From: Podarcis melisellensis
Lineage: Eukaryota
Reading direction: 5' to 3' (one strand)
DNA length: 64,000 nt
Assembly (NCBI GenBank): GCA_964234715.1
Contig: OZ174276.1
This document shows positions 23,290-34,843 of this stretch, piece by piece; the stretch's first letter is position 1; each line of letters opens with the position of its first letter. The notes beneath the pieces are model-generated. The model worked only from the letters and a program-made list of their open reading frames with translations. It did no database searches and was not told the DNA's origin. Both the position numbers and the translations under genes were made by a program.

Positions 23290-26063
23290 CAGTGTTTCCC
23301 AACCGGTGTTCCGCGGCACACTACTGTGCCGCGAGACTTTGCCTGGTGTGCCGCGGGAAAAATTGGCGGGGGGGGGGGGGAATAAAGGGGAAAAAAATTA
23401 TTCCCCCACCGCCAGGCGTGGGGCTGGGGCGGGGGAAGCCCGAGCTTCCCCCTCCCCCAGAACGGGACCCAGAGCCATGCCGAAGCTGCGCGCAGCTTTG
23501 GCATCGCTCTGGGAGCTTGCGGGGCTGGGGGAGGAGGAAGCCCTCCGCCAGCCTCCAAACCATGTCGGGAGACAGCGGGATGGCGCGCTGCGCCTCTCCC
23601 GCTGTCCCCCAAGTTTGCAGGGCTGGCGATGGGGAGGAGCAGGCTTCTCCCCCCGCCAGCCTTCCAGCCAAGTCGGGGGACAGCGGGATGGCGCGCTGCG
23701 CCTCTCCCGCTGTCCCCCGAGTTTGCGTGGCTGGCGATGGGGAGGAGCAGGCTTCTCCCCCCGCCAGCCTCCAAACCATGTCGGGAGACAGCGGGATGGC
23801 GCGCTGCGCCTCTCCCGCTGTCCCCCAAGTTTGCAGGGCTGGCGATGGGGAGGAGCAGGCTTCTCCCCCCGCCAGCCTTCCAGCCAAGTCGGGGGACAGC
23901 GGGATGGCGCGCTGCGCCTCTCCCGCTGTCCCCCGAGTTTGCGGGGCTGGCGATGGGGAGGAGCAGGCTTCTCCCCCCGCCAGCCTTCCAGCCAAGTCGG
24001 GGGACAGCGGGATGGCGCGCTGCGCCTCTCCCGCTGTCCCCCGAGTTTGTGGGGCTGGCGATGGGGAGGAGCAGGCTTCTCCCCCCGCCAGCCTTCCAGC
24101 CAAGTCGGGGGACAGCGGGATGGCGCGCTGCGCCTCTCCCGCTGTCCCCCGAGTTTGCGGGGCTGGCGACGGGAAGGAGCAGGCTTCTCCCCCCGCCAGC
24201 CTTCCAGCCAAGTCGGGGGACAGCGGGATGGCGCGCTGCGCCTCTCCCACTGTCCCCCGAGTTTGCGGGGCTGGCGACGGAAAGGAGCAGGCTTCTCCCC
24301 CCTGTGCCGCGAGACTTTGCCTGGTGTGCCGCGGGAAAAATTGGCGGGGGGGGGGGAATAAAGGGGAAAAAATTTATTCCCCCACCGCCAGGCGTGGGGC
24401 TGGGGCGGGGGAAGCCCGAGCTTCCCCCTCCCCCAGAACGGGACCCAGAGCCATGCCGAAGCTGCGCGCAGCTTTGGCATCGCTCTGGGAGCTTGCGGGG
24501 CTGGGGGAGGAGGAAGCCCTCCGCCAGCCTCCAAACCATGTCGGGAGACAGCGGGATGGCGCGCTGCGCCTCTCCCGCTGTCCCCCAAGTTTGCAGGGCT
24601 GGCGATGGGGAGGAGCAGGCTTCTCCCCCCGCCAGCCTTCCAGCCAAGTCGGGGGACAGCGGGATGGCGCGCTGCGCCTCTCCCGCTGTCCCCCGAGTTT
24701 GCGTGGCTGGCGATGGGGAGGAGCAGGCTTCTCCCCCCGCCAGCCTCCAAACCATGTCGGGAGACAGCGGGATGGCGCGCTGCGCCTCTCCCGCTGTCCC
24801 CCAAGTTTGCAGGGCTGGCGATGGGGAGGAGCAGGCTTCTCCCCCCGCCAGCCTTCCAGCCAAGTCGGGGGACAGCGGGATGGCGCGCTGCGCCTCTCCC
24901 GCTGTCCCCCGAGTTTGCGGGGCTGGCGATGGGGAGGAGCAGGCTTCTCCCCCCGCCAGCCTTCCAGCCAAGTCGGGGGACAGCGGGATGGCGCGCTGCG
25001 CCTCTCCCGCTGTCCCCCGAGTTTGCGGGGCTGGCGACGGGAAGGAGCAGGCTTCTCCCCCCGCCAGCCTTCCAGCCAAGTCGGGGGACAGCGGGATGGC
25101 GCGCTGCGCCTCTCCCGCTGTCCCCCGAGTTTGCGGGGCTGGCGACGGGAAGGAGCAGGCTTCTCCCCCCGCCAGCCTTCCAGCCAAGTCGGGGGACAGC
25201 GGGATGGCGCGCTGCGCCTCTCCCACTGTCCCCCGAGTTTGCGGGGCTGGCGACGGAAAGGAGCAGGCTTCTCCCCCCGCCAGCCTTCCAGCCAAGTCGG
25301 GGGGCAGCGGCAAGGATGCGCTGCGTTTCTCCGCTGTCCCGGACGGCTTTCAAAAGCCTGCCTTCAAAAGCCGTCCAGGACAGCGGAGAAACGCGCTGCC
25401 TTTCTCCGCTCTCCCGGGAAGGCAGGCAGGGGGGAGCAAAGGCTTTCGCCCCCGCCCGCCTTCAGAAGAGGTCCAGGACCTCTTCTGAAGGCGGGCGGGG
25501 GGCGAAAATCTTTGTCCCCCCTGCCTGCCTTCCCAGGGGCTTTTAAATCGCCCCGGACAGCGGAGAAGTCCTCCGCTGTCCCGGGCGATTTTAAAATGCC
25601 GCCCGCCAGCATTTTAAGATTGCCCCAGACAGCGGAGAAGTCCTCCGCTGTCCCGGGGTTTTTTAAAATGCTGGGGGTCGGAAGAAAAGCCCTTGTCCCC
25701 CCCCCCCAGCCTTCAGAAGAGGTCGGGGGACAGACTGCGGGGAGAAATCAGGGTGGGAGTCACGACCGTGAGGCAGGGCTGCCAAGTGTGGCAGAAGAGG
25801 ACACGGCCGTCGCACCTGTCCTTAGGTAGGAGCTTCTTCCGTGTCGACCTGCTGCCCTAAAGTCTTGGCTTTTTTCTTGGCTTTTTGGCGGTTGGCACAG
25901 AAGGAAGGCAAGGGGGAGGGGAAAAAATTGAAACTTACACTTTCGTGCGTCCCTCCCGGCGTTACGCTGCGCGCTGACGTCACGGGGCTGTAATGGTGGT
26001 GTGCCTCGATATTTTTTTCATGAAACAAGTGTGCCTTTGCCCAAAAAAGGTTGGGAAACACTG
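23290..26063. mobile_element. Non-autonomous hAT (Charlie/Buster-like) DNA transposon with internal GC-rich tandem array
   Basis: Perfect 15-bp TIR CAGTGTTTCCCAACC / GGTTGGGAAACACTG; perfect 8-bp TSD GTTTAGGG (23282-23289, 26064-26071); no transposase. Confidence 0.93.
23545..25310. repeat. 108-bp GC-rich minisatellite, two blocks of 7 units plus a partial unit
   Basis: Unit ccgccagccttccagccaagtcgggggacagcgggatggcgcgctgcgcctctcccgctgtcccccgagtttgcggggctggcgatggggaggagcaggcttctcccc; 36-aa periodicity in all translated frames. Confidence 0.95.
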
Positions 26064-26385
26064 GTTTAGGGTGCCATATGGCGATTAGCTTATATATTTT
26101 GAGTTTCTAACACTGATGAGTGTGTAGAAACTAGCCTACTGTACAGAGTTAGAATTAACATTCATTGTTGCCCCACTCTTGCCTGTGGCCCTTGAAAGGT
26201 TAGCCAGAAGGGAATGTGGCCCTCAGGCTGACAGAGGCTCCTCACCCCTGATGTAAAGCATATGAACTGCCACTGATCTGTTGCTTCCTGCCATTATCCT
26301 CTCAGGTCATTATTAACCTATTTTCCTCCCAGCTGAGCTCAAAATACTGAAAATAAGCCACCAACAGGGAGAGTTAGGGGCATTT

Positions 26386-26417
<32 letters not shown>

Positions 26418-27049
26418 TGCTTGGTTCCCCACATAGAGCCTTCCTTGCATTCAAGCAATGTTGATCGATACTTGTAGTTCGATCTAAGAGTTCAGTCATT
26501 TAAGTTGTGGTTACTGTATTGTGCTTCTATGAACCTTAGCATTAATGTGCAGGTGCTGTTTTAAAAATAACTTTAACAGCAGTTTTAAATGTTCAGATAA
26601 GACTTTTGCTAATAGAAACGCCAGCTTGCTATCTAGAGTAATCAATACCAAAACAGTGATATGAACTTGCCAGCATGCTGAGTAAACAGTGTTATGTTAA
26701 GGATGATGTCAGATGAGAGGAGTTGTCAGCGGAATTATATCTATGCATCGTAGCAGGGCACCAATAATTTCCGGTGGAGATACTAATCCACATGGTGCAG
26801 AATAGCTGTTGGCTAGCTCATTCAGGTGTCTTTTAAGGACCTGATGCAGTCAGTCATAGTTTTTAGTGATTTCTCTCGGCTGCATGTCAAGTTAGGACAT
26901 TTGCTTTACTGACATGCAGATTTGCAAAGTGCACTCAACTCTGTGTACTCATCATGAATCATGTAAGTTCTTATACAGGGCTTCGATTTTGGGTCTCTCT
27001 AAACACTGGATGGACAACATGTAGTTAAATTACAATTGTGAAAGTGCAG

Positions 27050-27160
27050 AATTCATAGAATCATAGAACTGGAAGGGATCCAAAGGGTCATGTGGTTCAA
27101 CCTCCTGCGATGTAGGAATCACAACTAAATAGCCCATGACAGAAAGCCATCCAATTTCTG
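27050..27160 (-). mobile_element. CR1 LINE (or CR1-tailed SINE) 3' end fragment
   Basis: (ATTCTATG)n-type tail and GGTCCCTTCCA-like motif in reverse: tcatagaatcatagaactggaaggg. Confidence 0.6.
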
Positions 27161-27643
27161 TTTCATTTCCAGACATACTAATGGATAATAACTGCAGAGC
27201 TTTCTTCTAACAAGCAGACTATAAACATGATCACTCAAGGTGGAATGTGCCTCAAAACAGCACTGGGTTATAAGCTATCTGGTGCAGAAAAAATATCCCA
27301 GTTTGTTTTATTATTTACTTATTTATCAGAAATATGTTTAGGGTGCTTTTCTGGGCAAATAATCATCCTTGCAATCAACATAAAGCAACAAAATTTTAAA
27401 CTACAACTCAGCAACACTACATATTTTTTGTTTTAACAGAGCCAGAAGAAATGTAAATTACCCATAATTAGGGAAATGGATTTTTTCCTTTAAAGCATCA
27501 GTAAAATCTGTCATGCAAGTTTTGGTAATTAAGATTGCTTATCAAGTTTTCCATAGTCTAACCTCACCAGAATATAAGCATTTTGGGAATTAGAGCTCTT
27601 TTCCCATCACAACTGAAATAATGTTCAGAAACCGGTCTGCAGA

Positions 27644-27645
<2 letters not shown>

Positions 27646-27692
<47 letters not shown>

Positions 27693-27905
27693 TGATGTAT
27701 ATGTCTCCCATCTCACTGAGTTCCTCCAGCCACTCTTGGTGGCTTCATACAAATTTAAACACAATATGACATCAAACATTAAAAACTTCTCTGAACAGGG
27801 CTGCCTTCAGATGTCTTCTAAAAGTCAGATAGTTGTTTATTTCCTTTTCATCTGACTGGAGGGTGTTCCACAAAGCGGGGGCGAGCACCAAGAAGGCCCT
27901 TTGCC
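27646..27905 (-). mobile_element. L2-type LINE 3' fragment with (AAT)n tail
   Basis: Homologous to 42351-42610 and 62290-62605 (agggctgccttcagatgtc...gttccacaa...gaaggccct). Confidence 0.7.
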
Positions 27906-30004
27906 TTTTATTCTACAAAAGGATTCCATAGAACTGTCCCTCTTTTAAAGTGACCACTACATCCTATGAGAAACATTCTTTTATAATTTATGTGTTTAAA
28001 AACCAGCTGTACAACAAATATACCCATTATATATGGATCAGAGAACATCTAGGTCATCTTCAGGACTTGTATTTACATGGGATTTCAAAGGGAATCTTCA
28101 GGCCTTGGTGAAGGTTGGTTACTCTTGCTGCTGTATGAAGGCATCACCTTACTCCTGCTCTGTCTGGGTACAGGGCAAGCTCATCACTGCTCTTCTCTGG
28201 GCCCAAATACATATGCTTCTTATTCTTCCAACACAACGGCACCAAGTATATGGGGCAGAGGGGGCTTCAGCCAACTTCAGTATTTTGGGGCACAGGACTC
28301 AGCCCCCCCAATATTGAGGATGTTGCCACACCCCACTGTCAGTCCCCATTCCCCCGTCCTGCTGGGCAAGCGCTCAGCAGCCGGGCAGGACTCGCGAGGA
28401 TGAACATCACCCTCTGTGCGCCCCATCCCTCTCACACTCTGGGTGCAGCTAGTAGCTAAACCCATCAAGAAACGCACAGCCAATAATGTTAACAGCTTTC
28501 TCTTATCTGCTAGGATTTAAGAAACCTGCTTTGAATAAATGGTGCCTGCAGTCTGCAGTTACTATAATAATAAACATTTTTTTTAAGTGTGCTGCTCAGT
28601 TAATCAGGGATGCCTTTTAGTCTGTATTGTTTCTGGTCGGTAATCCAGATTATTATTTTCCCCAAGCCCTGTGAACCATGTTTGGCAGGTTGGTGGAGCC
28701 TGATGTCACAATGATGTGAGGTGACCCTATTTTGCCCACGTGAAATCAAACTATGCAGGCAAAGTATCAGTGATCAGCGCTAATCAGATGATCATTGGGG
28801 CTTTGTAGGTGTGCCTGCAAACTCCCTATTGGCTTGAGCCAGGTCTTTACCTACCTATTTCTGATGTCAGGTGTAGGGCAGGTGTAGGTGGCTTGGCCAA
28901 AATGCCTTGTGAGGCAAAATGGTAAGGCCTTATGGGCCTAACTAGGCATGTGGGCCAGAGAGTCCTTAAACCTGGTTTGCCACTGTTCCATGGTAAGACA
29001 TGTTCAAAGCTGTGCTCCTCAAGGACTGCCCTAGAAAATGGTCCAGAAAATTCAAGTGATGCAGAATGTAACTGATAAGGCTATGTGTGTACGCCCATCT
29101 ACAACCTACATTACAGTGTAGGTCATTACACTGACTGTCAGTTTGTGTCCAAGCCCAAATCAAGGTGCTTATTGACTACTAAAGCCCTACATACCTGCAT
29201 GGTTCAAAGACTCCTCCTCCCTCCTTGTGTGATGCGGCTGCCTATTAAGATCTTCAAGCAGGGCTGTCCTCAAAATTCCAAAGAGAAAATCACAGTGACT
29301 GGAAGAAGTAGGGCCTCCCCTTTAACGATCAGTAAACTCATTCAACTAGATTTGGAATGTGCATGTCTTTTTTCGGAGCCCTGCTTTAAAAGTCAAAGCT
29401 TATCACATGCCAGATAACACCTTTTTGGAGTTCAACAGAGTTAGAATACCTCCATCACCTTCCCAAACTTGTCTCTGAAACCTGCCCTATAGTTGAAATA
29501 AGGGTTATTTGAATGAACTTACAATTATCAAAGCTGTAAAATGAAATACAGCTGGTAAGTTCAATGTAAATAGTTATTAGCTAATGGTTAAGAGCCAAGT
29601 TTGGCAATGCCGCTTACTATATAGCCATACACTATGACATCAATCCAAGGCAGTTACTCCCTGGATAAAGACACAGCACTGCTCTTGACACAGTTTTCTG
29701 ATATCTGAAAGCACTTGCTATTTGTATAGATGGGTCAACAGGTGCACATGCACAGAGAAACTTCATTTTCTTGTTCGCCACTCTGTGCACTGTTTCTGAA
29801 AAAAACCTGAAACTGTAAGGAGTAGCACATTGTCAGACTAATTATAGTGTCGATTGCTATTTCTCATGAGAAATTTCAAACACACCTTCTGAAATAAGTG
29901 ATTCAGACAATAAGCCACTTAAGATCATAAACCCTGCTGGATTACACCAAAGGGCCACCTAGTCCTATATTCTGTAGCCACAGTGGCCAACAGGATGCTT
30001 ATGG

Positions 30005-30515
30005 CAGTGGTTTTCAACCAGTGTGCCGTGGCATTCTGGGGTACCTTGAATCATGGTCAGGGGTGCTGTGGCCAACACTGATCTCTGTCCCTCTTTTTTT
30101 CCCTACCTCCCTCTGATGCCCTATTGCGTCTCTGCCTCCCAAAGGCTTGCACAGATGTTTGTGGCAGCAGCTCTGGTTACAAGCTCCCCAGGCAAATGGT
30201 GCCTCTGGGACTGGCCAGGGGGTGCTTCCCAGGCCCCTGTGGGGCTGTGTGAGGAGGTACCTCTCTTTGGGGTAGGGGGGCAACTCAGAGACCAGTGGTG
30301 GCAGCTGTGGCTGCCCAGAGGACTCCCAAGGAGAGGGTAGAAGAGAGGAGGCTGAGGGAACACTCCACAAGGGAGGGTGGTCAAAAAGGGGTGAGAGGCT
30401 GCCAGCTCTGCAGGCAAGGGATGACATAACTAGGCTCCTGAGCCTCACAGGGGTGCCGAAGAAAGAATATAGTTGGTCAACGGAGCCGTGAACCTAAAAA
30501 GGTTGAAAACCTTTG
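30005..30515. mobile_element. hAT-type MITE (~510 bp)
   Basis: TIR CAGTGGTTTTCAACC / GGTTGAAAACCTTTG; 8-bp TSD GCTTATGG / GCCTATGG. Confidence 0.85.
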
Positions 30516-31381
30516 GCCTATGGAACCAGATGCATGCAGGAACATGAACACAACAGAACATTCCCCACGTGCTCCCTGGCAACTGAAATTGAGTGGGGTA
30601 CCACCTCTGATACATGGCCATGGTAGCATGACAATAGTTATCGAGGACAAGACTATCAATGGCTATCTAAAACCCTTTTAAAACCAGCTTTATTCTTTGC
30701 ATGTACATCAATTTCTGACTTTTGTCTTCTGGGTTTCTGGGGGTTTTCCTGTTGTTATTCTGTCTCTCACAGCTACAGTAAACCTACCATTAAAATTATG
30801 GACTGGTCATTTCTTCTTCAGAGGGCAAACGGGCAAATTTAGCAGGGGATCAAATACTTTCCCCCCCTCTCTGTATGTGTAACTCTTGTAAGTGTGCGTA
30901 GTGTCTAGTGTGCCATGCGCTCAGTGGAGGAACTGAGATCATTTATTGCTTGTCCTGAGCAATAAAACTGTTTACACTTGGAAATCTCCCCTTTCAGGAA
31001 GCAATTCAGTTTTGTCAAAAAGTAGGATTAATATTTACCCACTAGCTGAGAGTTTCAGTTAAAGGGCTAACTAAGGTTCCTTGTATCACCTGGTCTAAAG
31101 TTTTTTAAAAATTGATTTCAGCTTCACAGCCAAAGATTTAACAGAAGAGGGCATTAAAAAGAGTAAAGTCTGATAGCACACACAGAAGCTATATGTAAAA
31201 TGAAATTTACTAGCTATGTCGAGTTTGCAAACTGCAAAGAAAACTCAAGGTCCAGGAGCAAGTACTCGTTGTAGTAGATTTGTGTGTGTGTGTGTGTGTG
31301 TGTGTGTTTGTAGATGAGCCTTGCCCAAGAGAGTGCCTTATTTTGGTACATCTTAATTTAAGCCTTATCTACAGCACTTGG

Positions 31382-31733
31382 GGGACGCGGGTGGCGCAGT
31401 GGGTTATACCACAGAGCCTAGGACTTGCCAATCAGAAGGTTGGCGGTTTGAATCCCCACGACGGGGTGAGCTCCCGTTGCTCGGTCCCTGCTCCTGCCAA
31501 CCTCGCAGTTCGAAAGCATGTCAAAGTGCAAGTAGATAAATAGGTACCTCTCTGGCGGAAAGGTAAATGGCATTTCCATGCACTGCTCTGATTCGCCAGA
31601 AGTGGCTTTAGTCATGCTGGCCACATGACCCGGAAGCTGTACGCCAACTCCCTCAGCCAATAAAGCGAGATGAGTGCCGCAGCCCCAGAGTCGGTCATGA
31701 CTGGACCTAATGGTCAGGGGTCCCTTTACCTTT
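31382..31733 (+). mobile_element. Sauria SINE, full length
   Basis: gggacgcgggtggcgc head with A/B boxes, tail ccctttaccttt, TSD ~TA(C/T)AGCACTTGG. Confidence 0.92.
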
Positions 31734-31770
31734 TATAGCACTTGGACAGCCTTTATCTATAGTAGGCATA

Positions 31771-32133
31771 AAGGTAAAGGTAAAGGTACCCCTGCCCGTA
31801 CGGGCCAGTCTTGACAGACTCTAGGGTTGTGCGCCCATCTCACTTAAGAGGCCAGGGGCCAGCGCTGTCCGGAGACACTTCCGGGTCACGTGGCCAGCGT
31901 GACATCGCTGCTCTGGTGAGCCAGAGTTGCACACGGAAACGCTGTTTACCTTCCCGCTAGTAAGCGGTCCCTATTTATCTACTTGCACCCGGGGGTGCTT
32001 TCGAACTGCTAGGTTGGCAGGCGCTGGGACCGAGCAACGGGAGCGCACCCCGCCGCGGGGATTCGAACCGCCAACCTTTCGATCGGCAAGTCCTAGGCGC
32101 TGAGGCTTTTATCCACAGCGCCACCCGCGTCCC
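31771..32133 (-). mobile_element. Sauria SINE, full length, different subfamily
   Basis: (AAAGGT)n tail, head gggacgcgggtggcgc in reverse, perfect 12-bp TSD ATAGTAGGCATA (31759-31770, 32134-32145). Confidence 0.93.
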
Positions 32134-32622
32134 ATAGTAGGCATAGTGCAGTTTATTTTTCCTACCTACATCACCCCCTGGTGATTGCTGCTAATGGGAC
32201 ATGCGGTCAGTAGTTAAGGGTTGTGACCCCTCAGAGTTGTGGAACATAAATGTGTACATATTTAACTTCCTTCCATTTTTAAAGGAGGGGATTACTAATA
32301 CTCCCCCCCCCCGAAAATACTATAGTGCTTTCAATGTCTACACCACTTGAATTTAATACTGGGTCAAGTCACTCTTAAACCATTCTATTCTTCATTTTGT
32401 TTAAATAGCTTAACTTGCTCCATTGGCAGAGCACACTGTGAAGGTTGGTGTGGTTTAAAGATTGCCCCTTCCTCCTTGGGTGCCTTCCACCTCAGATGAC
32501 ACCTTTTGGCTTCAACTCACCCTTTGCATGGGTTCTCAACTATGTGTGATAGGTAGGGCGGAATCATGTTTCATCTGCTGGCAAGTCTTTACAGCTTCGT
32601 TTGTTTTCTCTGGACTGCTTTT

Positions 32623-32625
<3 letters not shown>

Positions 32626-32672
<47 letters not shown>

Positions 32673-32695
32673 AGGGAGGGAGGGAGAGAGAGAGG
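32626..32695. repeat. (GA)n/(GGGA)n polypurine microsatellite
   Basis: Directly visible; about 220 bp upstream of the candidate exon at 32917. Confidence 0.9.
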
Positions 32696-32916
32696 GCCTG
32701 TGTGTTAAGAGTCCACAGCTCACATGATGTCATGCTGTTATTTTTCATGAACTAATGCCTTCCCTGTTTGGGGAGGAGCTGCTGAGTAATTAAATGATTC
32801 ATTGGTTTCTGTATTAAGCCACCTTCCTTAAGACTTCATTTTACTGCATGTAGCGAGTGAGTGTAGAATAGCTTTCAGCAGAGCTATTGTAGGCATGTTG
32901 CTCCTTTGTTCAAGTC

Positions 32917-32955
32917 ATGCACTGGGAACAGCTATTGCGGCTCAGAAAAGCCAAG
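32917..32955 (+). CDS. TMCC1: Candidate alternative first coding exon of TMCC1 (MHWEQLLRLRKAK)
   Basis: gtcATG, 13 codons, donor AAG|GTAGG, phase 0 compatible with the 33912 acceptor. Confidence 0.6.
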
Positions 32956-33911
32956 GTAGGTTAGAGAAAGGGGATCCTTTCTTTCCCGTTAAAAAGAAAA
33001 AAAAATTGTAGTTAAGTTTTTATTAAGGGTTGACTTATTCAAAGTAGTCATATGTTGAGAAAATTAAATGTTAATTTCATTTTCATGTGACATTTTTAAG
33101 GCTTGGCTACATACCAGTATATTTTGTTTGGGAGAGTTTCAGCATCTCTGGCTGCTATGGAATTTTTGTGCTCAGTAAATTGATGTAGATTTCAGACTCG
33201 GGTGGGTACATGAGAACAAAGGTGGATCATCCTGGAAGTTTAGATACAGTCATGATATTGATACCTCATAGTGTTGAATGAATCTTACTTCGGATGCTCA
33301 CCTATTCAGCCATTTGCACAAGCATACTCCTGTTCTCGGGGATGTGGCCCCCACGTTCCAACTGTATTTTTTATTTTTTAAAAAAATTATAGGCTGCTTT
33401 TCAAACAAAGTTTCACAAAGTGGTTTACAACAAATTTGGATCCGTGCTGGCCCAGGAGCGTATGTGGAAAGGAAGCATGAACACACAGACACACAATAAG
33501 AGTCTGAATTTACTTAATAGGTTTATTTGCTATACATACTATTACTGTGCTTGCTATGTGTGCTGGAAATATAGAGCTTTTGGAAGTATCACATTACTCT
33601 CTCTGTTGTACAGGATAATACATCAGCACAGTTAACTCCTTTGCTCTTCACTTTATTGAAGCTAGCGTCTGGATGAAATTTCTTGACCCTCATCCTTTTA
33701 AGTTCTCCAAAAACTGGAGAGGCTTGCTGGTATTCTTCTCACTGATTTAGAGGTTTCACTTGAACATTGAAGAACAATACCTAAAGAAACAAGAGAATAA
33801 TAAGAATAAGAAGTATATTTTTGCTTCATAAATGAAGCAAAGTGCATTTTGAGTGGAGGCTGCATGGTATTAAAGCAGTTTGTAATGTTCACTTTCTTAT
33901 TCTTTCCCCAG

Positions 33912-34843
33912 ATTGAGCGATTAGATGTAAGCAGTCTAGCACAAACATCCAGTGCAGTGGCCTCAAGCACAGAGTGCAGCATCAACGCAGATTCCATTGA
34001 TGGAACGCCAGATCCTCAGCGCACAAAAGTGGCCATCACCCACCTGCAACAAAAAATACTGAAGTTGACTGAGCAGATCAAAATAGAGCAAACAGCTCGG
34101 GATGACAATGTGGCTGAATACCTAAAACTGGCCAATAATGCGGACAAGCAACAGAGTGCCCGCATCAAGCAGGTATTTGAGAAGAAGAACCAGAAGTCAG
34201 CCCAGACAATCCTCCAATTGCAGAAGAAGCTAGAGCACTACCATCGGAAGCTGCGAGAGATCGAACAGAATGGTATCCCTCGACAGCCCAAAGATGTATT
34301 GAGGGATATGCACCAGGGGCTGAAAGATGTGGGAGCAAAGGTCACTGGCTTCAGCGAAGGAGTGGTAGACAGTGTTAAGGGTGGACTTTCCAGTTTCTCC
34401 CAAGCAACCCATTCGGCAGCAGGAGCTGTCGTCTCCAAACCCCGGGAGATTGCCTCACTCATTAGGAACAGGTTTGGGAGTGCAGACAATATTGCTAATC
34501 TGAAGGACTCCTTGGAAGAAGGTCAAGAAGATGGGACTGGGGGGAAAACTCTAGGTGTTCATAATTTTCAGTCAAGCCCCAAATATGGCAGCGAGGATGA
34601 TTGCTCCAGTGCCACATCAGGCTCTGTGGGGGCCAACAGCACCACAGGGATCCCTATGGGAGCACCAAGCTCCAAAACGAACACTCTGGATATGCAGAGC
34701 TCAGGGTTTGATGCAATACTGCATGAGATTCAAGAGATCAGAGAGATGCAAGGACGGCTGGAGGAATCTTTTGAGAACCTTAAGGTTCACTATCAGAGGG
34801 ATTATTCCTTGATAATGCAGGCTCTGCAGGAAGAAAGATACCG
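33912..34843 (+). CDS. TMCC1: TMCC1 (transmembrane and coiled-coil domain family 1) large coding exon
   Basis: [20 protein letters not shown]...[21 protein letters not shown]...[12 protein letters not shown]...LQEERYR closely matches recalled mammalian TMCC1; acceptor tttccccag, donor CG|GTGAG. Confidence 0.96.

Noticed and set aside
23545-25310. CRISPR-like array of palindromic repeats
   Set aside because: No unique spacers, eukaryotic context, no cas genes; it is a minisatellite
23250-25829. Very long ORFs in all six frames (up to 845 aa)
   Set aside because: By-product of a GC-rich 108-bp (36-codon) repeat lacking stops; no domain signature; lies within a non-autonomous transposon
33849-33911. 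N-terminal extension of the TMCC1 ORF-track call (likewise 41374-41465 and 43324-43482)
   Set aside because: Intronic sequence upstream of clear polypyrimidine/AG acceptors
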